Source of the DNA: Methanotrichaceae archaeon
GTDB lineage: Archaea; Halobacteriota; Methanosarcinia; Methanotrichales; Methanotrichaceae
NCBI GenBank assembly: GCA_016927425.1
Contig: JAFGMR010000073.1
Coordinates: 14,234-78,233 of the forward strand
Reading direction: 5' to 3'
Length of the DNA: 64,000 bases
Below, piece by piece: positions 45,525-54,359 of this stretch (positions are counted from its first letter, which is position 1; each line of letters starts with the position of its first letter). The notes beneath the pieces are model-generated. The model was given only the letters and a program-made list of their open reading frames with translations, made no database searches and was not told the DNA's origin. Position numbers and translations under genes: made by a program.

Positions 45525-46706
45525 TCACGGACCATTGTACACGAACTCTATGTCCAGGTCCAGTATCAGCTTCCGAAGCTCGTCGCAGGAGATCGGCCTC
45601 TTGAACTCGCTGCAGGTCTTGACCTTCTCCGCAAGCTGGCAGAGGTCCTTCTTCTCGAGGTCATAGCCCATGCGCTGAGTTATGTACTTCAAGGCCTTGG
45701 CACCGGTGTGCTTGCCGATGATGATCATGCGGTCTGCGCCAACCATCTCGGGCGAGTAGAGCTCGTATGTGCGCGGCTCCTCCAGTACTGCAGCCACATG
45801 GATGCCGGACTCGTGGGCGAAGGCGTTTGCCCCGACCACTGCCTTGTTCTTGGATGCGGGAACTCCGGAGTAGTTGCAGACCATTGTTGAGAGGCCTTTG
45901 AGCCTGGAGAGGTCGTAGCGATCCACGCCATGATGCACCCTCAAGGCCACGAGAAGCTCCTCCAAGGGCGTGTTTCCGCTGCGCTCTCCTATGCCGTTAA
46001 CGGTCGTATGAAGTTGCTTTGCCCCGGCCTCCGCGCCGGCAAGGGTGTTTGCGAGAGCAAGGCCCAGATCGTCGTGGCAGTGCATGCAGATGGGGATCTT
46101 CACCCACTTCCTGATCTCCCCTATCATGTAGCCTGTTGTGCGGGGATTGAGAATCCCGACCGTGTCGGCCACGCTGATGTAGTCGGCGCGATACTCCTCA
46201 GCTTTCCGATAAATCCCAAGCAACGTCTCGAACCCGGTCCTGGTTGCGTCCTCGGCGGAGAACCGGACGATGAGCCCGTGATCCTTCGCGTAATCCACGG
46301 CATCCAGGGCGGTGCTTACCGCCTCCTCGCAGCTCATGTGAAGCTTGTAGCGCAGATGAAGGTCGGATGTGGCGATGAAGACGCTGACCATATCCACGCC
46401 GCAGTCGATTGCTGCATCGACGTCGGCCCGATTGGAACGAGAGAGCGCGGATATCTTGGCATTGAGGCCGAGGTTGCAGACCTCTTTTACCGCGGCCTTC
46501 TCGGCCTTGGAGACGACGGGAAATCCGGCCTCGATTATATCGACGCCGATCTCGTCGAGGCTTCGAGCGATATCGAGCTTCTCTTCGGACCTGAAGACCA
46601 CTCCAGGCATCTGCTCGCCGTCCCTAAGAGTTACATCGCAGATCTCAACGTCCAATGGGGGAGTACCCGCAAGCTCGATGAACTGGTTGATGGAGTAGTC
46701 CTGCAT
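45525..46706 (-). CDS. homocitrate/citramalate synthase family, short form without a LeuA C-terminal domain (AksA/NifV-like)
   Basis: ICDVTLRDGEQMPGVVF, ...HCHDDLGLALANTLAG..., 393 aa. The short length argues for a homocitrate-synthase-type enzyme. Confidence 0.8.
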   Translation of the reverse strand: MQDYSINQFIELAGTPPLDVEICDVTLRDGEQMPGVVFRSEEKLDIARSLDEIGVDIIEAGFPVVSKAEKAAVKEVCNLGLNAKISALSRSNRADVDAAIDCGVDMVSVFIATSDLHLRYKLHMSCEEAVSTALDAVDYAKDHGLIVRFSAEDATRTGFETLLGIYRKAEEYRADYISVADTVGILNPRTTGYMIGEIRKWVKIPICMHCHDDLGLALANTLAGAEAGAKQLHTTVNGIGERSGNTPLEELLVALRVHHGVDRYDLSRLKGLSTMVCNYSGVPASKNKAVVGANAFAHESGIHVAAVLEEPRTYELYSPEMVGADRMIIIGKHTGAKALKYITQRMGYDLEKKDLCQLAEKVKTCSEFKRPISCDELRKLILDLDIEFVYNGP

Positions 46707-46763
46707 GCCCCGCCCTTTACTCTCTAATGATAAATCGATTTCGAAAGGATTTGGCGCTGCTCC

Positions 46764-46805
46764 GATAAAATAGAAGGAAAGGGCGGCTGGAGACCCGCCC
46801 CTTTC
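46764..46805 (-). terminator. hairpin plus T-rich tract after the secreted-protein genes
   Basis: The minus strand reads GAAAGGGGCGG-GTCTCCAG-CCGCCCTTTCC followed by TTCTATTTTATC. It begins 13 nt after the stop at 46818. Confidence 0.4.
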
Positions 46806-46817
46806 GTCATGGCTGGC

Positions 46818-47492
46818 TCAAGTTGACGGCGGGGACGCAACACTCATCGAGACTGCGTCCCATGGCAGTATATCGATCCTCCCAAGGAGGTCCTCGAAGG
46901 CTGCCATATCCATCGATGTGGGAATGCCGTAGGCCGACTCGATCTCACATGTTGTGCGGTCGTCCACGGGGAAGAGGACGAAGTACTCCGGAGGGGCGTT
47001 TGAGAAAGCGCCTGACCAGTCCTTACGATAGAGCATCGTCTCGACCGGTCGCATCCTTCCGACGGTGACCATCTCCGCGGGGCTTACCGTCAGGTTTTCC
47101 GTAGCCAAAAAGGCTTCATTCCCGTAAGGCGTGGCGTTGATCTTGACTTGGTCTGGAAAGGTCTTGAGCTCCAGTCTCGCCGAGGTCTTCAGGACCAACG
47201 TCGAGTTGTAGATATCCCCTATCCTCATCGCCGCAGTGCCGATCGAGAAGATCCGGTTCGACGAGAGGTTGAGCGCGGATATGGTCTCCTGGGAGAAGTT
47301 CATCTCCCTCACTACGAGGGGATATGCGAATACTCCTTCCTCTAGCTCCTGGCTGGTGTTGGCCGCAAGATCCAGGTCCTGCACTATCGCGTACTCGCCA
47401 GCCTCCATGATCACTGTGTCCGCGCTCGCCATGCCGAGCAATGCGAGCATCAGCAGGATTCCAACGATCATTCTAATGTAGCGCATCATCAT
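46818..47492 (-). CDS. secreted hypothetical protein with several N-x-S/T sequons
   Basis: Signal peptide MMMRYIRMIVGILLMLALLGMASA and six N-x-S/T sites (NTS, NFS, NLS, NST, NAT, NLT). Confidence 0.6.
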   Translation of the reverse strand: MMMRYIRMIVGILLMLALLGMASADTVIMEAGEYAIVQDLDLAANTSQELEEGVFAYPLVVREMNFSQETISALNLSSNRIFSIGTAAMRIGDIYNSTLVLKTSARLELKTFPDQVKINATPYGNEAFLATENLTVSPAEMVTVGRMRPVETMLYRKDWSGAFSNAPPEYFVLFPVDDRTTCEIESAYGIPTSMDMAAFEDLLGRIDILPWDAVSMSVASPPST

Positions 47493-47527
47493 ATCCTCCT
47501 TATAGCTCCCTTGAATTTAGGGCCCCC

Positions 47528-48445
47528 TCAAACGGACCCTCCAACCACATTGATAGAGTCACCATCGAGCTGGACGTTGCTCGATACGGAGATCTGTATA
47601 TCGCTCGACCCACCAAACGAGGATCCGATACCGGTCGAGCTCTGAACGAACTTATCCCCCACCTTTCGAATTATGCGGTTGTCGTACTCGACCTCCCACC
47701 GATACCCAGTCGTGGGGCTCTCCGACAAGGAGACCGAGAACTGGGTTCCTACAGGAATGCCGCCTGCTGGACGCGGAGGCGCAGATATTACATCGACAAG
47801 GACCGCGTTGCTTGGGACGTCATCGAGGGCAACGAAGGAGTAATGCCTGCCGACCATATCACCATAGAACGGGATGGTCCTATATCCTGAGTAGACCCGG
47901 CCCAGGCTCGTGCTCTGAGTCGTCCCCGTCGGGTAGATCTCGTAGATGATTAGGTTTCCCGACCTTGGGACGTAGATCAGCATCCTCGTCCAGCTACCCT
48001 GGGGGCAGAGGGCAGACCATGCCCATCCAGCGGACGTCTCAACCCAGAGCGCCGGTGCGCTTCGTGAAAGGACGAGCCTGCTCAATCCTAAGTAGGATCC
48101 GCCGTAGTAGAACTGGGATGAGGGAGTTGCGCTGAAGGTCGTAAGGCTCATCCGCTCCCCAGAGGATGGCGCCTCGGTCATTGCCAGCGCCTCCGGCGCG
48201 GAAACGTCGGATGTGGGGGCAACAGCCCCCAGCTGGGCAGCGGCCCCTACCTGGGCTGTTGCCGTTGTCGCCGTCGTCGTCGCCTCCAGCGAAGGAAGCG
48301 ATGCGTTCGCTCCCGTAGCCGCAGGGCTCTCGCCCCCGAATCCGGCGAGCGCGGTTCCGGAGCATAGGGCGATCAGAACGAAGAAGATCGCCGATACGCG
48401 GTAAACTCCAGCGACCTTACTTCGTAGAATAGGTACTGTATTCAT
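47528..48445 (-). CDS. secreted protein with a Thr/Ala-rich linker and a chagasin (I42)-like motif
   Basis: Signal/anchor VSAIFFVLIALCSGTALAG, linker EATTTATTATAQ..., and SLSESPTTGYRWEVEY, which resembles the NPTTGY.W loop of I42 peptidase inhibitors. Confidence 0.6.
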   Translation of the reverse strand: MNTVPILRSKVAGVYRVSAIFFVLIALCSGTALAGFGGESPAATGANASLPSLEATTTATTATAQVGAAAQLGAVAPTSDVSAPEALAMTEAPSSGERMSLTTFSATPSSQFYYGGSYLGLSRLVLSRSAPALWVETSAGWAWSALCPQGSWTRMLIYVPRSGNLIIYEIYPTGTTQSTSLGRVYSGYRTIPFYGDMVGRHYSFVALDDVPSNAVLVDVISAPPRPAGGIPVGTQFSVSLSESPTTGYRWEVEYDNRIIRKVGDKFVQSSTGIGSSFGGSSDIQISVSSNVQLDGDSINVVGGSV

Positions 48446-48455
48446 CTATATCACC

Positions 48456-49229
48456 TTACGAGTGCACGACAACATGCTTTGTTTTTACATCCTTGACGGT
48501 GCCGTCCGGCCCGACCAGCTTGAATACGATATCGGTCTCGCCTGCACCCACGGCCTGGAATGTAAAGGTCCTCACGCCCGGCTGGCCAACCGGCTCTGGG
48601 TTGTAGCTGCAAGTCCCCCGATAGAAGGCCCACTCCTCACAGGAGGAGCCATCTGGAAAGACGCAGTAGCCGGTCTGGCTGCCGTCGGGATTCGTCACGA
48701 TCTTGGACTGATAACCTTTATCAGCGCAGTTCTGTGAGGCGGGATTGGGCATTCCGCCGATCGGCTCCGGACTGTAGCTGCAGCTTCCATAGTAGAAGGC
48801 CCACTCATCGCACGAGGTGCCATCCGGGAAGTAGCAGCGCCCGTCTCGGGACTCATAGCCCTGCTGCACGCATCTGGCCGCGGCCGGATTCGCCGTGCCG
48901 GGACCTATGACCGGGCCGGGCGTAGGCGTAGGGCTGCACTCACCCCTATAGAAGGCCCAGAGCTCACAAGAGGAGCCATCGGAGAAGACGCAGTTGCCTC
49001 CTGAGACCGTCCCGCCGTTGCCGGTGCAGTAATCGTAGATCGGCGGGACGGTAGAGCCGCCGCCTATGAGGCCGCCGATATCGGGGGTGGTCGTACCACC
49101 GCCTCCGATGATGCCCTCGCCACCGATGAGCGGCCCGAGAAAGTCGCCCCCACCATTATCTCCGACGATGGGACTCATCAAGGCGAGAAGAACCATCGAG
49201 CAAGATAGCGTAATCGGTATCCATCTCAA
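48456..49229 (-). CDS. secreted Gly-rich protein with three tandem Cys-containing DUF333-like modules
   Basis: Signal MRWIPITLSCSMVLLALMSP. A three-fold repeat of C..(G)..C.F(P/S)DGSSCE(E/L)WAFYRG.CS. Confidence 0.65.
   Translation of the reverse strand: MRWIPITLSCSMVLLALMSPIVGDNGGGDFLGPLIGGEGIIGGGGTTTPDIGGLIGGGSTVPPIYDYCTGNGGTVSGGNCVFSDGSSCELWAFYRGECSPTPTPGPVIGPGTANPAAARCVQQGYESRDGRCYFPDGTSCDEWAFYYGSCSYSPEPIGGMPNPASQNCADKGYQSKIVTNPDGSQTGYCVFPDGSSCEEWAFYRGTCSYNPEPVGQPGVRTFTFQAVGAGETDIVFKLVGPDGTVKDVKTKHVVVHS
48606..49040 (-). repeat. three protein-level tandem repeats inside CDS 48456..49229
   Basis: NCVFSDGSSCELWAFYRGECS, RCYFPDGTSCDEWAFYYGSCS and YCVFPDGSSCEEWAFYRGTCS, each followed by a Pro-rich spacer (PTPTPG / PEPIGG / PEPVGQ). 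Confidence 0.7.
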
Positions 49230-49490
49230 ATCTAACCCTCCAAATTAACACTCAAGACTATATTTACATAATGATAGATATAGATTGTGATGTAAGCCCG
49301 ATCTGGCCGATGAAAGGCATTTATCCAAATATGCTTCCGACCTTTCACCACTGCGACGCCTACCTGCCACTTGACTGAAAACCCGGGGATCCGTGGAAAT
49401 GAGAAGATCGAAGAGCTCCCGCGCCCCCCATTACAGAGCTCGACCTTAGACCCCCTACGGCAATGACGGCCCCCTCGAACTCGTTGAGGC

Positions 49491-50945
49491 TTACACGACT
49501 CCCTTGCAGAGCTCGCCCTTCGCGAGGTCCTCTCGGAAGTAGTCGCCCGGCCTTCGAATCCCAAGCCGAAGGGCAAGCTTCCTTCCGGCGTAGCCGGGGG
49601 CGATCCGGAGCATCTCGAGCGCGAACCAGCCTGGATATATCCTCTTCACCTTGTTAAAGCGCATCCAGTCGAGGTCGTAGTAGCGCGCGTTCATCTCCCA
49701 GGTTATGTACTGCACCTCTTCCGCGCTCAGGTGCTTCGTCCTCAGGTTGGCGTGCATGCCATCGTATAGGTTAAAGTCGTTTGAGGTTACGAGGCCCATC
49801 TTCTGGAGCTCCTCGCGGTTGATGGTCTTCGGATAGGGGGTGTTGATGTAGAAGATCGGAAAGTCGACCTTGAGGCGGCGGGCCAACCGAAAGTTCTCCC
49901 ACATATCGTCTGCGTCGTCGTCGGGATTTCCCCCAATGAGGCCAGTCGATACGATGATGTTGTTATCATTCAGGTACTCGACTGCCTTGTCAGCATCGTC
50001 TGACATGCTGCCCTTTCCCAGGAACTCGAGGTTCTTCTTGTTAACGCTCTCGACACCTAGAAAGACGCCGTCAAACCCGGCATCGCCCATCTTATCAACG
50101 AGGCGGCGGCTCGATCCTATCCCCTTTGCAGAGGCTTGTGTCTTGTATCGCAGATGCGTAAGATCGGCATCGATGATGGCCTCGCAGAGCTTCTCCAGAC
50201 GTCTTACATCCAGGGTGATGTTGTCGTCGGGAAAGAAGATGGATCCGGCCCCATGGGCCTCGGCGTCCTTGATATCGGCGATCACGCGATCCAGAGGGAA
50301 GCGCCGAAAGCTTCGTCCATACATCTCGTTTATGCTGCAGAACTTGCATCCCTGAGTGCAGCCCCTGCTCGTCTCAACCGAGTCTATGGGAACCCCGAAG
50401 CTCTTAAACCCATCCGTGATCAGGCGAGCGTCGCGGTTTGGGGGCTTGATCTCGGATACCTTGAGGAGGGGTCGAGGAGGGTTATGTACCATGGAATCCC
50501 CCTTCCTGAAGGAGAGCCCGAGTACATCCTCGAACGCCATCTCGCCTTGAAGGGCAAGCACGAGCTCCCTGAAGGTTGCCTCGCCCTCGCCTCGGACGAT
50601 GAACTCGATATGCCGAGCAGAGGCGCTCTCTCCGATCTCCTCGGCGTAGAGGGTTGGATGGTAGCCTCCTAGCACGACCTTAGCCCCTGCGCGTCTTGCG
50701 ATTCTCCCTAGATCCAAAGCCTCCTGGTACTGGAAGCTCATGCAGGTGAGGCCGACGAGATCGTAGGAAGGGGCAAGCTTGGTCACATAATCGCGAGGCT
50801 GCGATAGCGAGTGGAGATCTGCCACATGGACCGTGCAGATATCGTCGATGTGGGCTGCAATCGAAGGCAAGCCAAGGCTCGGTATGCGGGCTATGCGGTC
50901 GAAGTCGGGCTGGACGACCGGAGAAGAGAGGAGGAGGACCTTCAT
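49491..50945 (-). CDS. class B (cobalamin-binding-domain type) radical SAM protein
   Basis: N-terminal Rossmann-like MKVLLLSSP...LGLPSIAAHI...LVGLTCM, then ETSRGCTQGCKFCS (CxxxCxxC). 484 aa. Confidence 0.75.
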   Translation of the reverse strand: MKVLLLSSPVVQPDFDRIARIPSLGLPSIAAHIDDICTVHVADLHSLSQPRDYVTKLAPSYDLVGLTCMSFQYQEALDLGRIARRAGAKVVLGGYHPTLYAEEIGESASARHIEFIVRGEGEATFRELVLALQGEMAFEDVLGLSFRKGDSMVHNPPRPLLKVSEIKPPNRDARLITDGFKSFGVPIDSVETSRGCTQGCKFCSINEMYGRSFRRFPLDRVIADIKDAEAHGAGSIFFPDDNITLDVRRLEKLCEAIIDADLTHLRYKTQASAKGIGSSRRLVDKMGDAGFDGVFLGVESVNKKNLEFLGKGSMSDDADKAVEYLNDNNIIVSTGLIGGNPDDDADDMWENFRLARRLKVDFPIFYINTPYPKTINREELQKMGLVTSNDFNLYDGMHANLRTKHLSAEEVQYITWEMNARYYDLDWMRFNKVKRIYPGWFALEMLRIAPGYAGRKLALRLGIRRPGDYFREDLAKGELCKGVV

Positions 50946-52288
50946 ATGTTCGCATCCAGCAGCCTTGATGCGCGGCTCCAGTCGAAGTTGTTCGCCCGGG
51001 TTATGTAGGAGGCAACCTCCCCGAGACCCTTGAGGCCGCCATACTTGTAAGCGCTGAACCAGACGCGACCGGAGGTCCGCAAGGGGGCGCTCCAGGGGTA
51101 GACCGTCTTGAGAGATCTATCGAGGATCTGCTCCATCCGGGGTGGGGTGATGTGAGGGTGGTTCCAGACGAGATGCTTGCCGTCGAAGTGGTGATAGTCA
51201 GCATCGAAGATGCCGTACTTCTCCGCGATCTCATTCCAGAGGGGAGTCTGGGGAAGCGGGGTGATAACGCAGACCTGGGTGATGTCGAGCTTCAATTCGG
51301 CAAGCTTTGTCATATCCTCTCGGATGGACTCCTCTGTGTCCTCCTCGAACCCTATCATGTAGTAGCCGATCGATCCCATGCCGTACTTCTGGAGCTTCTT
51401 CACCGTCTCGATGATCTCCTCTGTGCCCTCCTTCTTCTTCATCTGGTCGAGCGTCTCCTGGTGGAGGTTCTCGATCCCAATCGCAGCGCCCGTAAACCCG
51501 CTCAGGCGGCCCGATCGCCTCTTCCTATCGGCCCACTGATCGATCCTCTCTCGCAGATAATCGGCCCTTGCCATGCAGCCCCAGACCATATCGTACTCCT
51601 CGAAGAGGTCGACCACCCTGTCGGCATGCCGACGATTGCCGCCGAAGTTCTCGTCCTCTATCACGACCACGTTTATGCCGTTCTCCTTGTAGTAGGCGAT
51701 CACCCGCTCGATGCTCTCGAGCGGAATCGGCGTCGGCTTGTTGCAGAAGACCGGCGTCTGACAGAACTTGCATCCCACGCCGCATCCACGGGTGGTGAAG
51801 AGGATGCCGTAGATGTTCAGCTTGACGTTGAAAGGAGTGTTCAGGTACTCGATCAGGGGAGGATGAATCACTTTGCCAACCTGGCGGCCGAAGTAGGGGG
51901 CAACCTGCCCCTCGGCGTATCCTATGAAGGATTTGTCGAAATGGCCCTGGATCTCCGGCGTGAGTGCGCCGTAGTTCCCGGCCCAGATCTCGGGGACGCC
52001 CTTCTCCCTGGCAATCTCTGCCATCTCGATAGCTTCATGGGTCCCGTTGAGATAGAACGAGAGCCCCACGACGTCCCAGCCGTCCTCAAGCTTGCGACGA
52101 TACTCCTCCATGGAGGGGTACTCCAGTATCTCTATCTCAGGGATGTTCTGCTTTAGGAAGCGAAGGCCAAAAGACTGGATGCGAGGCCAGTAGAAGCGAA
52201 ACCAGCGGGAACGCGAGTTGGCCCCTATGTAGTCGTATAGCTCGCCGCTATCGTTATACACCGTGGTGAATAGGACCCGAGGGGGCAT
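50942..52288 (-). CDS. class B-like radical SAM protein, paralogous architecture
   Basis: FTTRGCGVGCKFCQ cluster motif after a roughly 165-aa N-terminal domain. 448 aa. Has a 4-nt overlap with the downstream radical SAM gene. Confidence 0.75.
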   Translation of the reverse strand: MPPRVLFTTVYNDSGELYDYIGANSRSRWFRFYWPRIQSFGLRFLKQNIPEIEILEYPSMEEYRRKLEDGWDVVGLSFYLNGTHEAIEMAEIAREKGVPEIWAGNYGALTPEIQGHFDKSFIGYAEGQVAPYFGRQVGKVIHPPLIEYLNTPFNVKLNIYGILFTTRGCGVGCKFCQTPVFCNKPTPIPLESIERVIAYYKENGINVVVIEDENFGGNRRHADRVVDLFEEYDMVWGCMARADYLRERIDQWADRKRRSGRLSGFTGAAIGIENLHQETLDQMKKKEGTEEIIETVKKLQKYGMGSIGYYMIGFEEDTEESIREDMTKLAELKLDITQVCVITPLPQTPLWNEIAEKYGIFDADYHHFDGKHLVWNHPHITPPRMEQILDRSLKTVYPWSAPLRTSGRVWFSAYKYGGLKGLGEVASYITRANNFDWSRASRLLDANI

Positions 52289-52743
52289 GGCCAGCCCTCT
52301 TTAGGCCAAGGAAGATTAACTTTGCGACTCCTGCCGTGATATCTTACGGCAGTCCAGCGTTCGAAGGGAGCTTGCGGGATCGATTGCAGTCCAACTAACC
52401 ACCCCATGCCGGCCCTGTCTCGTGCTGAAGATCGAGAGAGCATTGGTCATCGGTTAAGGAGATGGCTGAATAATAATGTACCACTAATTTCCGGTCGTGA
52501 ATCCTTTATGGGTTGGAATTTAGACCTGTCCGAGTATGGAATCATCGGATGCCGATCATTCCAGAGACACCCTCGAAATGATTCTTCAGAAGATCACATG
52601 CTGTAAGCTGTTTCTGGAAACTCCAACCTATTTCAGTATCACGACCCTCTTGAGGATGGGGCATGGAGTCCGCCCCATACTCCATGATCTGGGTCATGCG
52701 CAAAAGATTTTCGTCTCGACAAGCCCTGATGTGGTCGATTCTC

Positions 52744-54024
52744 TCAGTACTGCTCATAGACCCACGATCTCTCGGCTGGAAAAAGGGCGTCGATGAGACG
52801 AACGGTTTTATCTGAGGCCCTATCCGTGCCAGACCCAACGTACAGCATCGCCGGGAAGATGTCGGGCCGCGTGTATTGCAGCTCTCCCCAAGTCCGATGG
52901 CCGAGCACCAGAGGAGCGAAGAGGTCTTCGCTGAGGCATAAGGTGTTCTCACATTCCTCCACCCCCCCTGATTTGACAGATTCGAGCCGTCCTTTGCGCC
53001 AGTCGAGGTCGACCCGATTTTTATAAAAATCCAGCCGCACGACTCCGGAAAAGCCCGCAAAGCTGCTCTCCCTCATACGCTCCTCGATAATGGGGGCCAT
53101 TTTATAAAGAAGTCTCGTCTTGTCCGGGATCTTTATCTGCCAGGCATAGGGGCTTCCAACGGACGCCCCAAAAGATATGGCCGCCTTTCCGGCGATCGAT
53201 TCGTTGTGAAGGTTCATCCGGATGTACGGCTTATTCCGTTCTGCAGCTTTTTTCTTGCAGAAGGCGAGGAGGTTTATCAGCCCGTCGTCGGATATGCCTT
53301 CGCTGATCTCGCTCACTATGAGACCGTCTCCGAAGCCCTGCAATGGAATCCTGAAATAATACCTCTCCTCCCCCCTCTGGCCCTCCATGATCCAGAACTC
53401 CGAGCCGAATTCGGTCATCTGGCTGAAGGTCAAAAGGTAGTTCCAGCATTCTTCATCCCTGAAAACGGAAAGGAAGTTCAATCTTCTATATCGTTCGTCT
53501 TCCCCCGCTAGAAAGGGTATGTCCTCGGTCTCAGCAAGTCGAAACCTGTAGGCACCATCGTCGGCCAATTGGGGCGCGAGATGAAGGGGGATATCAATGT
53601 GGGTTTCCAGGGGGACCGAATAACGGTATCCGAAACGACCATAAAATCCCGGTATGCCCTGAACCACGGCGAGGTCGAACCCCTCCTCTTCGAGGGTCGC
53701 ATCGAACTCTCGATTGAGAAGCTTCATGAGACCTTTATTCCGGTGCCCTTCCCGCGTTCCGACGATCCCCATCTCGGCGACTTTGAGCTTCGTCCCTTTC
53801 ATCTCCCAAGTCCAGGGGATGAGGGCAAAGGCCGCTGCAATCTCTGATGAGTCTTCGTCGACGGCGATGAACCAGCGCTCATCTTCCATTCCCGGAAAGT
53901 GGGCAAATATCGTCTCAGCGAAGGATCCCACCGCCTGGGGATGAAAAATTTCGTCGAAATGATCGTGAAGCTTTCTCGCATCGTCTGGTGATTCGGCTCG
54001 CCTTATTCTGTAATTTGAGTGCAT
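52744..54024 (-). CDS. large GNAT-family N-acetyltransferase (Eis-like three-domain type)
   Basis: MGIVGTREGHRNKGLMKLLNREF (acetyl-CoA Q/RxxGxG/A-like motif) in the first third. The 426-aa length and GIPGFYGRFGY resemble Eis/COG4552-type proteins (memory). Confidence 0.6.
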   Translation of the reverse strand: MHSNYRIRRAESPDDARKLHDHFDEIFHPQAVGSFAETIFAHFPGMEDERWFIAVDEDSSEIAAAFALIPWTWEMKGTKLKVAEMGIVGTREGHRNKGLMKLLNREFDATLEEEGFDLAVVQGIPGFYGRFGYRYSVPLETHIDIPLHLAPQLADDGAYRFRLAETEDIPFLAGEDERYRRLNFLSVFRDEECWNYLLTFSQMTEFGSEFWIMEGQRGEERYYFRIPLQGFGDGLIVSEISEGISDDGLINLLAFCKKKAAERNKPYIRMNLHNESIAGKAAISFGASVGSPYAWQIKIPDKTRLLYKMAPIIEERMRESSFAGFSGVVRLDFYKNRVDLDWRKGRLESVKSGGVEECENTLCLSEDLFAPLVLGHRTWGELQYTRPDIFPAMLYVGSGTDRASDKTVRLIDALFPAERSWVYEQY

Positions 54025-54176
54025 GAATTTAATTCCCTAGGTTTTATAGTGTCCGTCGTTCACCGCGAAGATCCCTGCGATCGCCGGGTGGCTCAGGAGT
54101 CGAGATGAATCTCGACCCCGTTGATTAAATATTTATTCATTCTTGGGCAGTGGGTGCTGTAAATTGAACGAATGTG

Positions 54177-54222
54177 CAAGAATCGATAGCCTGCAAGCAA
54201 TTCTTGCGAAGATCCTCGCAAG
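54177..54222 (+). promoter_or_regulatory. two overlapping, mutually exclusive 7-bp hairpins in the ABC transporter leader
   Basis: CAAGAAT (54177-83) pairs with ATTCTTG (54200-06). CTTGCGA (54203-09) pairs with TCGCAAG (54216-22). The two stems share 54203-06. Confidence 0.3.
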
Positions 54223-54359
54223 ATCGATCGATACCGATTTTCAGTAGCTCTCACCCACGGCCCACAATTGCAAGGATGAGCTTCCTTGATTCTCTTCCAA
54301 GACCCCCATCTATTTGCTCCCTGGAAATCCTTAAAAGGCCACATCCCCCCCACCAATAC

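Noticed and set aside
52289-52440. Cobalamin riboswitch in the leader of the B12-type radical SAM genes
   Set aside because: I could not find a B12-box-like element, and cobalamin riboswitches are not established in archaea. Only a simple 7-bp hairpin is present.
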